The notes beneath the pieces are model-generated. The model had not been told where the DNA came from and made no database searches. It worked only from the letters and a program-made list of their open reading frames with translations. From Thermoplasmata archaeon (lineage in GTDB: Archaea; Thermoplasmatota; Penumbrarchaeia; JAEHCK01), in contig JAEHCK010000002.1 of NCBI GenBank assembly GCA_020696345.1, positions 6,057-70,056 of the forward strand: a DNA stretch of 64,000 nt, written 5' to 3'. Position numbers and translations under genes: made by a program. Shown here piece after piece: positions 9,801 through 19,397 of this stretch; position 1 is the stretch's first letter, and each line of letters begins with the position of its first letter.

Positions 9801-11039
9801 TCATTTTTTTCTATTTCTCATTCCGGGATCTAAAATGATATCTTCTAGGTTATCGATAAAATCTAATATTCTTATAGTGGGATATTTGGATTCGACCTCA
9901 GAATAAAGATAAACGATCAACGGTTTTGTGTTGAACTTATTAATAGCGGATTCTAATGCCCTTTCTTCTCTTTTTATATTCTCATTGTCCAACGAATAAA
10001 CTACTTGGATCGCCAAATTCTTGCCCGGTATGTAAATATCTACTTCCCTTCCACGCTCATCTTTCCAGTAAAATAAATTCTGAGTAAACCGTCTTAAATG
10101 TTGAATTACACACGATTCAATAAGCTTTCCACTATCCTTTTTTCTTATTAAAAGACCATTATCTATGGGATAGATCTTTTTTGGGTTGACCATTTGCTCT
10201 TTTTGTGAATAACTGAATTTTTCCAATGGAATAACAGCATAAGCTTCGATGAGATAATCCAAATATTTTCGAAGGGTTACATGGCTTATATCAAGAAAAT
10301 TCCTTACAGATTTTTGAGATAAATATAAACCTGGATTTGACATCACAAAGCGCGTTAGATCTCGAAATTCGGTTGCATTTCTAATTTCATGTCTTAAAAT
10401 AACATCTCTTTCGATTATGTCATTTCTATAATCGGATAACACTGAATGATCCTCTGATAAAACAGGGTATGGGAACCCACCATTGATTAAATACTTCTCA
10501 AACATTCTTACTTTCTGATCTACTGGAACATTAGTTTCGCCCTTTGCCAATAGATATTCAGGAAATGAGAATGAAAAGACCTCATGTTGTTTTTTTCTTC
10601 CACTAAGCGCAGTTGCAAGTTCACTCCCAAGCAACTTGGAATTTGACCCTGTCAAATAGATTTTGATCTTTCTATCATGCATTCTTCTAACCCATTTTTC
10701 CCAGTTAGGCATGTTTTGAGGTTCATCTATCAGAAGTATTGAATTTTTAAGCTCAAGAAGCCCGGAGATATTTTGCAGATCGTTTTTATCTGGGAAAAAT
10801 CTATCATCTTCAAAATTTATGTAATAGACATTTTTACTTTTCTTTTTTAATGATCTTCCGATCCAGAGTAAAATTGTGCTCTTTCCAGATCTTCTCACAC
10901 CAGTGGCAACTTCAACCACGCTGAATTTCATTCTATTGTATATCTGTTGGGCTATCTCCCTTTCAACAAAAAGCTCATCCTGCTCTAAAAACCAAATACC
11001 ATCTTGTATAATTTCTTTTAAAATAGGTATACTAGTCAT
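9801..11039 (-). CDS. AAA+ superfamily ATPase (AAA_14 + DUF4143 type)
   Basis: Walker A GVRRSGKST, Walker B LLIDEPQ, LTGS, GGFP, PKKIYPID, C-terminal REVD...AIQV. Start chosen at MTSIPIL (track gives 11141). Confidence 0.9.
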   Translation of the reverse strand: MTSIPILKEIIQDGIWFLEQDELFVEREIAQQIYNRMKFSVVEVATGVRRSGKSTILLWIGRSLKKKSKNVYYINFEDDRFFPDKNDLQNISGLLELKNSILLIDEPQNMPNWEKWVRRMHDRKIKIYLTGSNSKLLGSELATALSGRKKQHEVFSFSFPEYLLAKGETNVPVDQKVRMFEKYLINGGFPYPVLSEDHSVLSDYRNDIIERDVILRHEIRNATEFRDLTRFVMSNPGLYLSQKSVRNFLDISHVTLRKYLDYLIEAYAVIPLEKFSYSQKEQMVNPKKIYPIDNGLLIRKKDSGKLIESCVIQHLRRFTQNLFYWKDERGREVDIYIPGKNLAIQVVYSLDNENIKREERALESAINKFNTKPLIVYLYSEVESKYPTIRILDFIDNLEDIILDPGMRNRKK

Positions 11040-11156
11040 AGTTTTATAAATGACCTCATTCCTAATTAACTTTGCTATAGTTGAAGTTATGCTTTCAACT
11101 ACTGCGCAGGAGTTGAAACTGTGGTATCTAGTAATCTGCAATTCTTAATGCTAAAA

Positions 11157-11449
11157 TATGATAGTAAAAAGAAGAAAAACTTATGACCATGGACATACAC
11201 GAGAAACAGGTGCTGACACCAGAGGTTGCGTATCAACATAAGGTCAGCCTGGCTACTCTTACGCAGGCGTCAGTGCCACAAGCCGGTCAAATTGGTCCGC
11301 CAGCTCAAATACCACAAGCCACGGGGGGGGCGCCAATGGCTCCGGTATCAACTCAGGCATTATTGTGCCCCGGATCTACAACTACTACTGCAGCACAACC
11401 AGCCACTCCCACACCCTTACACCCCTACCAGTTGTCAGTTATCAGTTGA
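11157..11449 (+). pseudogene. Orphan cytoplasmic-tail remnant of a surface-protein paralog
   Basis: MIVKRRKT-like codons, then a P/Q/A/T-rich stretch in another frame resembling the tail of 5153..9763. No ectodomain or TM. Confidence 0.45.
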
Positions 11450-11532
11450 CGGTTTTCAGTGTAATAATCTTACATTGGCAACTAACAACAAAAAACTAGA
11501 AACTATATACAACTCTCGACTCTTTAGACTCC
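11429..11532. repeat. Heptamer-periodic inverted-arm element
   Basis: cagttgt cagttat cagttga cggtttt cagt, a short loop, then aactaac aacaaaa aactaga aacta, followed by a caactct cgact tract. Confidence 0.75.
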
Positions 11533-11540
11533 AAATTTGA

Positions 11541-12920
11541 TCAATAATGAATCCTATGCTCCTTCTTCTCTACCAACCCATTATCTTGACCTAGCAGATA
11601 CACCCGCGCCTCACCAACCACGAATAGTGACCCGCAGATACAGATCAGGTCATGGGCACTTGCCTCACCAAGTGCGGTATCCACCGCTCTCTTGACCGGT
11701 GTTTTTACTTCAATTTCAATATTGGTATCTTTTATATTATCTAGTATTAACTCCGGCTCTGCGGCCCGTCTTATATTTGCTTTTGTTAGTATGATCTTAT
11801 CTGCCATTGGGAAGATCTTTTCCGTTAAATTCTTGATATCTTTCTCCTCCGAACAGCCGAATACGAGAATTAATTTTTCATAATTAAATAATTGAATTGC
11901 CTCGTGCAATGCCTGTGCCCCGGCCGGGTTGTGTGCGCCGTCAAGGATCACCCAGGGTGACTTTTGTATAACTTCCAGGCGCCCGGGCCAGCGTGTATTC
12001 TTTAACCCATCTCGAATGGCATCTTCGGTTATCCTCAACCTCTGTTCTTCCGATAACAGCTCCAAGGCGCCAAGAGCTAACCCAGCATTAATACCTTGAT
12101 ACTTGCCAATGAGCGGTACATGTAGATCATGATAATTGGCATTCACACCCTGGTAATTGATCGTCGACCCATCACGGCTTGGATCCAGTACTTCGAGCTT
12201 AATATCTACCCCTACTCTATAAAGCGGGCTCTTTTTAACTTTACAGGTTTTCTCGATCACACTTAATATCTCATCATTGTCATTCGCAGTAATGACCGGA
12301 CAACCGGGTTTTATGATCCCGGCCTTGTTCTGGGCCACCGAGGTCAAAGTGTTGCCCAGATGTTCGGTGTGGTCCAGACTTATATCGGTAAGCACCACCA
12401 CACTAGGTTTGACCACATTGGTTGCATCAAATGTGCCGCCCAAACCCACCTCGAGAACTACAAGATCAACATTATGGTCGGCAAAATATTTCAAGGCCAT
12501 TGCAGTGACCACTTCGAAGTAAGTTGCATAGCCAAGCTCGGTATCGTTGTTCACACGCTCGCGTATCTCTTTCAATGACCTAGCATATTCAACCACTTCA
12601 GGTTTCGAGATCTGTCTGTTATTGATGGTAATTCGCTCGGTAAAATCCGATAAGTGTGGAGATGTGTTAACCCCAACCTTAAACCCAGCAATATTCAGGA
12701 TAGAACTTAACATGGCAGCGACCGAACCCTTACCATTGGTGCCGCCAATATGGATTATCTGCAATTGATCTTGCGGGTTGCCAAAATATTCCAGCAACTT
12801 TTTAACTTTTTTCAGGCCGAATTTCATGCCAAATAAATGTAGATCGTACAACCATTCAATGGTCTGGCCATATTCATTATCAATTTCATCATTTATGCCA
12901 ACGATATTATCCGGGTTCAT
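11541..12920 (-). CDS. folC: Folylpolyglutamate synthase/dihydrofolate synthase
   Basis: IHIGGTNGKGS, TSPHL..FTERI, TYFEVVT, LEVGLGGTFDATN, WPGRLE, LDGAHNP, GSLFVVGE. Confidence 0.95.
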   Translation of the reverse strand: MNPDNIVGINDEIDNEYGQTIEWLYDLHLFGMKFGLKKVKKLLEYFGNPQDQLQIIHIGGTNGKGSVAAMLSSILNIAGFKVGVNTSPHLSDFTERITINNRQISKPEVVEYARSLKEIRERVNNDTELGYATYFEVVTAMALKYFADHNVDLVVLEVGLGGTFDATNVVKPSVVVLTDISLDHTEHLGNTLTSVAQNKAGIIKPGCPVITANDNDEILSVIEKTCKVKKSPLYRVGVDIKLEVLDPSRDGSTINYQGVNANYHDLHVPLIGKYQGINAGLALGALELLSEEQRLRITEDAIRDGLKNTRWPGRLEVIQKSPWVILDGAHNPAGAQALHEAIQLFNYEKLILVFGCSEEKDIKNLTEKIFPMADKIILTKANIRRAAEPELILDNIKDTNIEIEVKTPVKRAVDTALGEASAHDLICICGSLFVVGEARVYLLGQDNGLVEKKEHRIHY

Positions 12921-13131
12921 AATGATTGACCTGATGAGAAATCTATATTAAAAATTATGGTTCTTCTCCCAATTTTGGTAATAATAAAAAAAATTAATAT
13001 GAAAAATTGTGATTATGGGAATGTGATTGGTTGATGATGAATGCGGGAATAGTAGATGGGGGATTGGGGATAGTGAATGTGATTACGATCCATCATAAAT
13101 TCAGTTCGATTACAGTTCAGTATCTACTCAT

Positions 13132-13234
13132 CACGGTATCTGTTCAGCACCAACCCCACACGGCATCTGTCCAACATCAACCCAGCCCGGTATCTGTTCA
13201 GCATCAACCCGGCATGGCATCTTCCCAGCAACAA
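13132..13234. repeat. 27-nt tandem repeat, ~4 units
   Basis: cacggtatctgttcagcaccaacccca / cacggcatctgtccaacatcaacccag / cccggtatctgttcagcatcaacccgg / catggcatcttcccagcaacaa. Confidence 0.8.
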
Positions 13235-13299
13235 ATGATCCATCCCCTCCAAGCATCAAGTGTTCTATTCCCTAATTTTCAATGATCTCAATTCTCATC

Positions 13300-13386
13300 T
13301 TAAATGCTAAATATAACTACAATATTACCCAACTGACAATATTGTGTATTTGTTTAGAATTTAGAAATTCGAATTTAGGATTTAGC
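13300..13386. repeat. Heptamer-periodic arm element
   Basis: tttagaa tttagaa attcgaa tttagga tttag, facing an upstream aaatgctaaat arm. Confidence 0.6.
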
Positions 13387-13421
13387 TAAACAAACACATA
13401 TAGATATAGGCTGGAATATTT

Positions 13422-14057
13422 GTGGACCCGAAGTTCGAACATTCGAAAAATGTGATCAAAGAATGCCTGGACAGATACGATAAAGTAGCAGTAGCATGCA
13501 GCTTTGGCAAAGATAGTATGGTTGTAGTTCATTTAGCCATTAGTATACAACCCGACATACCTATCTTTACAATCATGACGCCGTTAAAACCAAAAGAGAC
13601 TTTCGAGTATAAAGATAAAATGATCGAACTCTGGAACCTTAATATTACCGAGTATCGGGCAAAAAAAGATGTACCCGATGGCCTCTGGAAAACACTGCCA
13701 GACGAATGCTGCAGGATCTTAAAGGTTGAACCAACCCGTGAGGCCGTCAAAGACCTGGATGCTTGGGTCACCGGGCTGCGATGCACCGAGGGAAGGACCA
13801 GAACCGAATACCAGGAATGGGAGCTAAAAGGCGGGCTAATGAAAGTCAACCCGGTCCTGTACTGGACCGAGGCGGATACATGGAGATATATCGCGGTAAA
13901 TCAAATCCCGGTACATCCATGGTATGCTGAAGGGTACAGGTCGATAGGCTGTGCACCGTGTTCTACACCTGGCGGTGAGAACGAGCGTGACGGCCGCTGG
14001 AAGGGCACCAGCAAATGCGGCGGTGAGTGCGGAATACACACTCAGCAATTGAAATGA
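13422..14057 (+). CDS. cysH: APS/PAPS reductase (CysH family, 4Fe-4S APS-reductase-type cysteine set)
   Basis: SFGKDS, ECCRILKVEP, WVTGLR, GYRSIGCAPC, ERDGRW, ECGIH. GTG start. Confidence 0.9.
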   Translation: MDPKFEHSKNVIKECLDRYDKVAVACSFGKDSMVVVHLAISIQPDIPIFTIMTPLKPKETFEYKDKMIELWNLNITEYRAKKDVPDGLWKTLPDECCRILKVEPTREAVKDLDAWVTGLRCTEGRTRTEYQEWELKGGLMKVNPVLYWTEADTWRYIAVNQIPVHPWYAEGYRSIGCAPCSTPGGENERDGRWKGTSKCGGECGIHTQQLK

Positions 14058-14062
14058 GATTC

Positions 14063-14557
14063 AGTTGCTAGTTACTTGTTGCTAGTATTTTATGTTCAAG
14101 GGACTTCCTTAAACCAAATAACATTTTGCTGATTTCTACATGAATAATATTTAATTTTTCATATTCTTTCTTTTTCAAATAATTAAGATCAATTGACAAC
14201 TCTAGATAAACTTCTAATTCATTACATGAGCCAATAGCAATTGATATGAATTGGATAAATTCTCCAATATGATTTTTACCAGAACCTTCTGCAATATTTG
14301 CAATTATTGACGTTGATGCACGTCTCATTTGTGATGTTAATCCATATGTTTCTTCCTTAGGAAAATATCTTGTTATTTGATATATCTTTAGTGTTAATTC
14401 ATATGCTTTATTCCAGACTTTTAAATTTTTGTAACTCTTTAACATATCATCTCACCCCAATAAGTGATATTGAATAAATATCTTAATTAATATAAATAAA
14501 AAAAGTATGTGGTTTAGTGAAGGTAAATTTTTCCAACTCTCTAGCAACTAGCAACTA
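14063..14557. mobile_element. Putative cassette: four-helix-bundle gene bracketed by inverted heptamer arms
   Basis: Left arm agttgct agttact tgttgct agt (14063-14086); right arm ctagcaact agcaacta (14541-14557). The arms are mutually reverse-complementary. Confidence 0.55.
14068..14445 (-). CDS. Four helix bundle protein (23S rRNA IVP / bAvd-like family)
   Basis: YKNLKVWNKAYEL...FPKEETYGLTSQMRRASTSIIANIAEG...F..IAIGSCNELE. Visibly more AT-rich than its neighbours. Confidence 0.95.
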   Translation of the reverse strand: MLKSYKNLKVWNKAYELTLKIYQITRYFPKEETYGLTSQMRRASTSIIANIAEGSGKNHIGEFIQFISIAIGSCNELEVYLELSIDLNYLKKKEYEKLNIIHVEISKMLFGLRKSLEHKILATSN

Positions 14558-15289
14558 TAGATCATTATCAATGATTTCGATCATCTCCGGCATCTTCCCA
14601 ACAGTACCAACGAGATCACCAACAATAACCATGCAACCCTGCACACCCTTTATAGTCTCAGCCTTCTCCAATGCAGCTTGAACAGTTGCCTCAGCATCAT
14701 TTTGTTTCACACGATTCGCAACTGCACTCGCTGCCGCGTCTGACAAGAATGCCGATCTTGAAAATATTATCACTGCCTCGGCGTCACCAAAACTTATCGA
14801 ATGCCCAACCTGACCTGCGCTGGTGCATACCCCCAACGGCAAATTGTCATATCTTATTTTGAACCCCACTTGTTTTGCTACTTGGTTCTTGCCGGCATAT
14901 ATTCCAATATTCACTGACCGCTCTCCCTTGATCGAGACATCACCACCATTATCGGCCATTGCAAGTTTACATTTACACCCTGAGCCGATCATCGCCTCGG
15001 TTGCTACCTCACTGAGACCACCCGCCACTGCAGCCATGGGCCCGACGCCAGCCGCCAACCCGGCATACATCATTTCGCGAACGAACTCCGGTGCATTGAG
15101 ATCAACATCCAACGGTTCCAGTGATGCAAGAAATTCCGTATGCTCGGCAATATATTGCTCGAGTAGGGTCCGGGAATGTAATACAGCTTGTCTGGCCGAG
15201 TCAAATGCACCTGGTCTGTCACTTTTAAGTTTCATGTGTGTCTCTTTCCAGTGAAACTCATTTGAATACAGAACCTGCATCTCACTCAT
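14555..15289 (-). CDS. UPF0280 / ApbE-superfamily protein
   Basis: GVGPMAAVAG, DNGGD, GVCTSAGQVGHSISFGDAEAV, DAAASAVAN. Confidence 0.9.
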   Translation of the reverse strand: MSEMQVLYSNEFHWKETHMKLKSDRPGAFDSARQAVLHSRTLLEQYIAEHTEFLASLEPLDVDLNAPEFVREMMYAGLAAGVGPMAAVAGGLSEVATEAMIGSGCKCKLAMADNGGDVSIKGERSVNIGIYAGKNQVAKQVGFKIRYDNLPLGVCTSAGQVGHSISFGDAEAVIIFSRSAFLSDAAASAVANRVKQNDAEATVQAALEKAETIKGVQGCMVIVGDLVGTVGKMPEMIEIIDNDL

Positions 15290-15305
15290 ATCTCTCACTC
15301 ACATC

Positions 15306-16490
15306 TTATTTCTGCAACCAATCTTGAAACCTAGTTTTTATCTGCTCGGGTGATAGACCTATCGTACCAACCTTGGCATTACCTGGTTGTATGACGAGTT
15401 TAACGAAATTCGGGCATGACATTTCATGATCATATATATCTTCCGTGTTGTCTGTTACCAGAATGTTTCTGATCTGGCTGGCCCGCGCAAAGTCCTCCAA
15501 TTTTAAACCACGTGCAGTAAGGGTCGGCTGGTTACCAGTGGAACCGTAAGCACCATTATCCAGGCATATTATTGTCAGGTTCTTCGGTTGTAGAGCGCCG
15601 ATAGAAATAAGCGCATTCGGGTTCATGAGAAGTGAACCGTCACCATCCAATACCACAACATCCTTTTTAGTGAACAATGAAACACCATGACCAATTGATG
15701 ATACCAGACTAAGCGAACCCAACATATAGAAATTCGAATCTTGATCGAAAACCGAATAAAGTTCTCTTGAGGGAAAACCCATGTTGCACAATACCGCTTT
15801 ATCTCGAAGGAACTCGGAAAGCCCCTCCAGGACCTCGAGCCGCGATCTCGGAGATTTGATATCTTTGAGTATTTCTTCACCTTGGTTTCCCTCTTGACCC
15901 AAATCCGTTTTTGATCTATCGATTGACGATCGCATTGGCGTTGGCATTGCTTGTACCATCGATATTGGTTTTGACGTTTTCAAGGGCATCTTGGGCAACC
16001 CCTCAAATATCTTTGGCGAGATCAAAAAGCAGTTTATTTTATTACTACGATAGGTTTTTTCCAGTTCTTCCGGGATATTGTCTAATTGTGAGTGCTCATT
16101 ATATAATTTAAATTCCACATCCATAGCTTCCAGGACGCCGGCAAGACCTGCACCCATTGGCACCTGTGCGGCGATGTTCTCTTTGTAAACACCACGGTGG
16201 CTGATAAATATTGGTAATGGTAGATCATAGAATTTGGTCAATGACAATATTGCATTTACCATATTACCCATGCCCGAGCTTTGAACTATCATTAACGGCT
16301 TAGCACCGGCCAATGCAATACCTGCCGCAATACCCACACCCTCTTCTTCTCTGGTCAAACTGATATACGGTAGCATCCCGGATAATGCGCCCAATAGAGG
16401 TGCGATCCGGTCGCAGGGCAGCTGAAGAATTATATCTGTCCCGGATGCCTTGATATCTCCGCATAATTTATCTAACATTTCTTTGGTCAT
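15306..16490 (-). CDS. comDE: Fused sulfopyruvate decarboxylase alpha/beta (ThDP-dependent)
   Basis: LPCDRI, TREEEGVGIAAG, QSSGMGN, ISHRG...AQVPMG, then GFPSRELY, NFYMLGS, DGDGSLLMN, DNGAYGSTGNQPT. Overlaps the cysteate synthase 3' end. Confidence 0.88.
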   Translation of the reverse strand: MTKEMLDKLCGDIKASGTDIILQLPCDRIAPLLGALSGMLPYISLTREEEGVGIAAGIALAGAKPLMIVQSSGMGNMVNAILSLTKFYDLPLPIFISHRGVYKENIAAQVPMGAGLAGVLEAMDVEFKLYNEHSQLDNIPEELEKTYRSNKINCFLISPKIFEGLPKMPLKTSKPISMVQAMPTPMRSSIDRSKTDLGQEGNQGEEILKDIKSPRSRLEVLEGLSEFLRDKAVLCNMGFPSRELYSVFDQDSNFYMLGSLSLVSSIGHGVSLFTKKDVVVLDGDGSLLMNPNALISIGALQPKNLTIICLDNGAYGSTGNQPTLTARGLKLEDFARASQIRNILVTDNTEDIYDHEMSCPNFVKLVIQPGNAKVGTIGLSPEQIKTRFQDWLQK

Positions 16491-17760
16491 GACATGCCTC
16501 CAGCGCATGTTTCAAATCATCCATTTCGATCGTGCTGTCACATAAAATATCGGGTTCGATCTTATTCTTGTCATGATCTTCCCATAGACGGTTCTCACCG
16601 CCGCCTGTTATATTTATCAAGATCGTGTCATCGGCTTTGACCTTTTCACTCTCCAACGCCTGGATCAGACTGCCAACCGCCACACTTGCTGCAGGTACTA
16701 TATCGATCCCTTCACTACTTTCAAATAACTTCCCTGCGGACCTTGCATCTGCATTTGTAATACCATACATTGAACCCTCACTCGTATTCAGGATATCATA
16801 CACACCACCACCGACAGAGTATGGCGGATAACGGTTGGTCAATACTTGTGCAAAAACTTCGGATATCGCTTTACGCTGTTTGTCCTCGGGAATTTTTATC
16901 AATTCAGACGAACCATTATTCCATGCATCTGTCAGCGGTGTGAACGGTTGGTTCTGCGATAGATGTAATCTGGGTAATGCATCTAGGTACTGACCCGAAC
17001 TTAGTAACCTTTGTGACGCCTCCAGCGCCGCAATTGCGCCCGTGCCGCTGCCAACCGCCTGGAAATAGTGCTCGGGCAATCGTTTCAACTCATGCACACA
17101 TTCCAGCATCACGGTGCCCATGCCGTCACGGCGAGCTATATTACGTGCACCACCCTCGGGAACCAGGTTCAGTGCATTGGCCATGCGACCGGAAAACGTG
17201 ATCGCATCCGAATAATCGCTGTCTTGATTTACTGCAATGATGAAAACATTATCAGGTACCTGGAATGGCAAGACCAGTTTATATATGCTATTTTTTGGCA
17301 CAACCACATACAGGTCGATATCAAAATACTGTGCAGCAAAAATGAACGCCCTGGCCGTATTACCCGCTGATGCGATCACCAAATTATCGATGCACCTCTC
17401 AGATGCACGCTGAAAAGTTGGTGGCGCCTCAAGTTCTTTGAACGTACATGTCACCATATTGGCATCTTTCTCCGGCCAGTAACCATTAAACGCTATGTAA
17501 AGGTTATTCAGACCAAGTTCTTTTGATAAACCATTGCTTTTATACACGATAGTCTGAGATCTTATCTTGTCGTTCCACTCGATACATGGCAACCAGGGTA
17601 GAAACTTCCAAAAGCCAGGAAGGTTCAAAGGTTTAAACTTCGAAACCTGGTAATCGGTCCTCACCAACGGCCCCGCGTTACCGCAGGATGGGCAAATATT
17701 AAGGAACACATCATCGAATGCGGCCTTGCACTCAGAACAATATAATCTATAATTACCCAT
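16468..17760 (-). CDS. Cysteate synthase (threonine synthase-like, PLP)
   Basis: LYIAFNGYWPE...TCTFKELEA, ASAGNTARAF, EGGARNIARRDGMGT, HYFQAVGSGTG, VLTNRYPPY, INITGGG match the Methanosarcina-type enzyme. Confidence 0.9.
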   Translation of the reverse strand: MGNYRLYCSECKAAFDDVFLNICPSCGNAGPLVRTDYQVSKFKPLNLPGFWKFLPWLPCIEWNDKIRSQTIVYKSNGLSKELGLNNLYIAFNGYWPEKDANMVTCTFKELEAPPTFQRASERCIDNLVIASAGNTARAFIFAAQYFDIDLYVVVPKNSIYKLVLPFQVPDNVFIIAVNQDSDYSDAITFSGRMANALNLVPEGGARNIARRDGMGTVMLECVHELKRLPEHYFQAVGSGTGAIAALEASQRLLSSGQYLDALPRLHLSQNQPFTPLTDAWNNGSSELIKIPEDKQRKAISEVFAQVLTNRYPPYSVGGGVYDILNTSEGSMYGITNADARSAGKLFESSEGIDIVPAASVAVGSLIQALESEKVKADDTILINITGGGENRLWEDHDKNKIEPDILCDSTIEMDDLKHALEACHDQRNVR

Positions 17761-17790
17761 GGTGGATGGTAAGTGCAATTTGGTTTATAA

Positions 17791-18519
17791 TTATTTGGCA
17801 TCCCGATATTTCAAAATTAATTTGTCAAAATTTAGATTGAGCATCTCGATATATTCTTCCTTTGCAATCACCTCTTGGCTCACCCTAGACAATGTATCCT
17901 GTGAGATCATACCATCATTAACAAGCTCGGAACCTGCCGTATGTGCGGCCGCAAGAATATCTTTCGCCGTTTTATCGTTCTTCACCATATATTTAAAATG
18001 TGCTCCATGCGGACGCAGCAGCGCACCTGCAAACTCGCGATGTGCGTTTACACAGATCGCCTTCAAATGGGTCAACATGGGTTCGAAATTATCCAATTCC
18101 CAAAAACCACACGTGGATATCAATACGATTTTACCGGCTTTAACATCGGGGCGCAGTGCATGACGGCAATGTCCATCTATCAATTCAAGATACGGCTCGA
18201 GCAATGGCAGCAGCCGGTCCAGCACATTCTTCATCGGCCCGGTCACACCATCCCAGTACACAGGCGAGGCAAACACCCAGACATCCGATCCTTTTAATTT
18301 TTTCAATAACGAGGCCATGTCATCATTCTGGCAGCACTTACCTGGTGTGTTTATCCAACACACAAGCTTACCCAGACATGGGTTGATCTTCAAGTTAGTT
18401 ATATTTATCTCTTCCACATCGGAACCGGCCTCGCGTGCACCATTCAAGAACTCTTTAACGAGCTGGGCAGTATTGCCCAGTGATCTCAACGGACTGCCGT
18501 TCAATGCAATGATCTTCAT
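17791..18519 (-). CDS. Iron-sulfur flavoprotein / multimeric flavodoxin family
   Basis: MKIIALNGSP..GNT, PCLGKLVCW..PGKCCQNDD, FASPVYWDGVTGPMKN..DR. Confidence 0.88.
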   Translation of the reverse strand: MKIIALNGSPLRSLGNTAQLVKEFLNGAREAGSDVEEINITNLKINPCLGKLVCWINTPGKCCQNDDMASLLKKLKGSDVWVFASPVYWDGVTGPMKNVLDRLLPLLEPYLELIDGHCRHALRPDVKAGKIVLISTCGFWELDNFEPMLTHLKAICVNAHREFAGALLRPHGAHFKYMVKNDKTAKDILAAAHTAGSELVNDGMISQDTLSRVSQEVIAKEEYIEMLNLNFDKLILKYRDAK

Positions 18520-18654
18520 GGAAACCAACACATGATTGATATCTTGATACTTTATTATTATGCTCTTAATTAATGTTTTTCAACCTATCAGTTACTTGAT
18601 AATCCAAATCAAAATATATTTGATTCCCCATCAACATACTTCGGGGCGAAAACC

Positions 18655-19143
18655 ATGCCAAAATACCACATGCACAAACACGAGCGCGAAATAACGAATG
18701 AAAATGAATTGATCGAAGTATTACAAAATGGCAAATTTACCACGATCGCCATGTGCAGGGATAATGAACCATATATAGTCACACTCAGCTATGGCTATGA
18801 TAAAAACAATAATGCGTTATACTTTCACGCAGCATTAAAAGGCCTGAAACTGGAGTTCATAAAACATAACCCGAGCGTATGTGGAACCGTAATTGAAGAT
18901 CTCGGATATGTTGAAGATGAATGTGAACAACATTTTAGATCGGTTGTATTCCGGGGAAAGATATCAATTATTGGTAATTTGGATGATAAAAAACATGGTT
19001 TGGATATCTTACTAGATCATTTGGAAAAGAATCCGGACCCCATAAAAATAAGAAATATAAAAAACGATGACAGTTATAATAAAATAACAATGCTGAAATT
19101 TGAGATCACAGAAATAACAGGAAAAACGACTAAAAAGAAATGA
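18655..19143 (+). CDS. Pyridoxamine 5'-phosphate oxidase-like (NimA-family) flavin-binding protein
   Basis: MHKHEREI, PYIVTLSYGY, LYFHAA..G.KL...NPSVC, FRSVVFRG, ITGK. Confidence 0.88.
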   Translation: MPKYHMHKHEREITNENELIEVLQNGKFTTIAMCRDNEPYIVTLSYGYDKNNNALYFHAALKGLKLEFIKHNPSVCGTVIEDLGYVEDECEQHFRSVVFRGKISIIGNLDDKKHGLDILLDHLEKNPDPIKIRNIKNDDSYNKITMLKFEITEITGKTTKKK

Positions 19144-19166
19144 ATGATTGAGATCTTTGGAGGCTA

Positions 19167-19340
19167 ATGGTGCCGGATTTTAATAACGAACTTTGTGATA
19201 ACTGCGGGGGGTGTGCGGCAGTATGCCCGACAAACGCAATCACGGTGTTCTTTGATATAATTGAAGTTGACCTGGAGCTCTGTAATGATTGTTTAGTATG
19301 TCAAAAGGTCTGTCCGGTCAAGGCAATTAGCAAGAAATAA
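19167..19340 (+). CDS. 2[4Fe-4S] ferredoxin (57 aa)
   Basis: Not in track. MVPDFNNELCDNCGGCAAVCPTNAI...CNDCLVCQKVCPVKAISKK*; GGAGG RBS; directly upstream of GGR. Confidence 0.92.
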   Translation: MVPDFNNELCDNCGGCAAVCPTNAITVFFDIIEVDLELCNDCLVCQKVCPVKAISKK

Positions 19341-19397
19341 TTAGGATACAATTATGAAATTTGATAATGATGGATTTGGAATCATTGATGGATTAAT

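Noticed and set aside
13031-13285. 84-aa ORF with SVQHQP repeats
   Set aside because: A translation of the 27-nt DNA repeat, with TTG start and no clear RBS; treated as non-coding.
14068-14445. Diversity-generating retroelement suggested by the Avd-like protein
   Set aside because: No reverse transcriptase in the window and no template/variable repeat pair overlapping a CDS 3' end.
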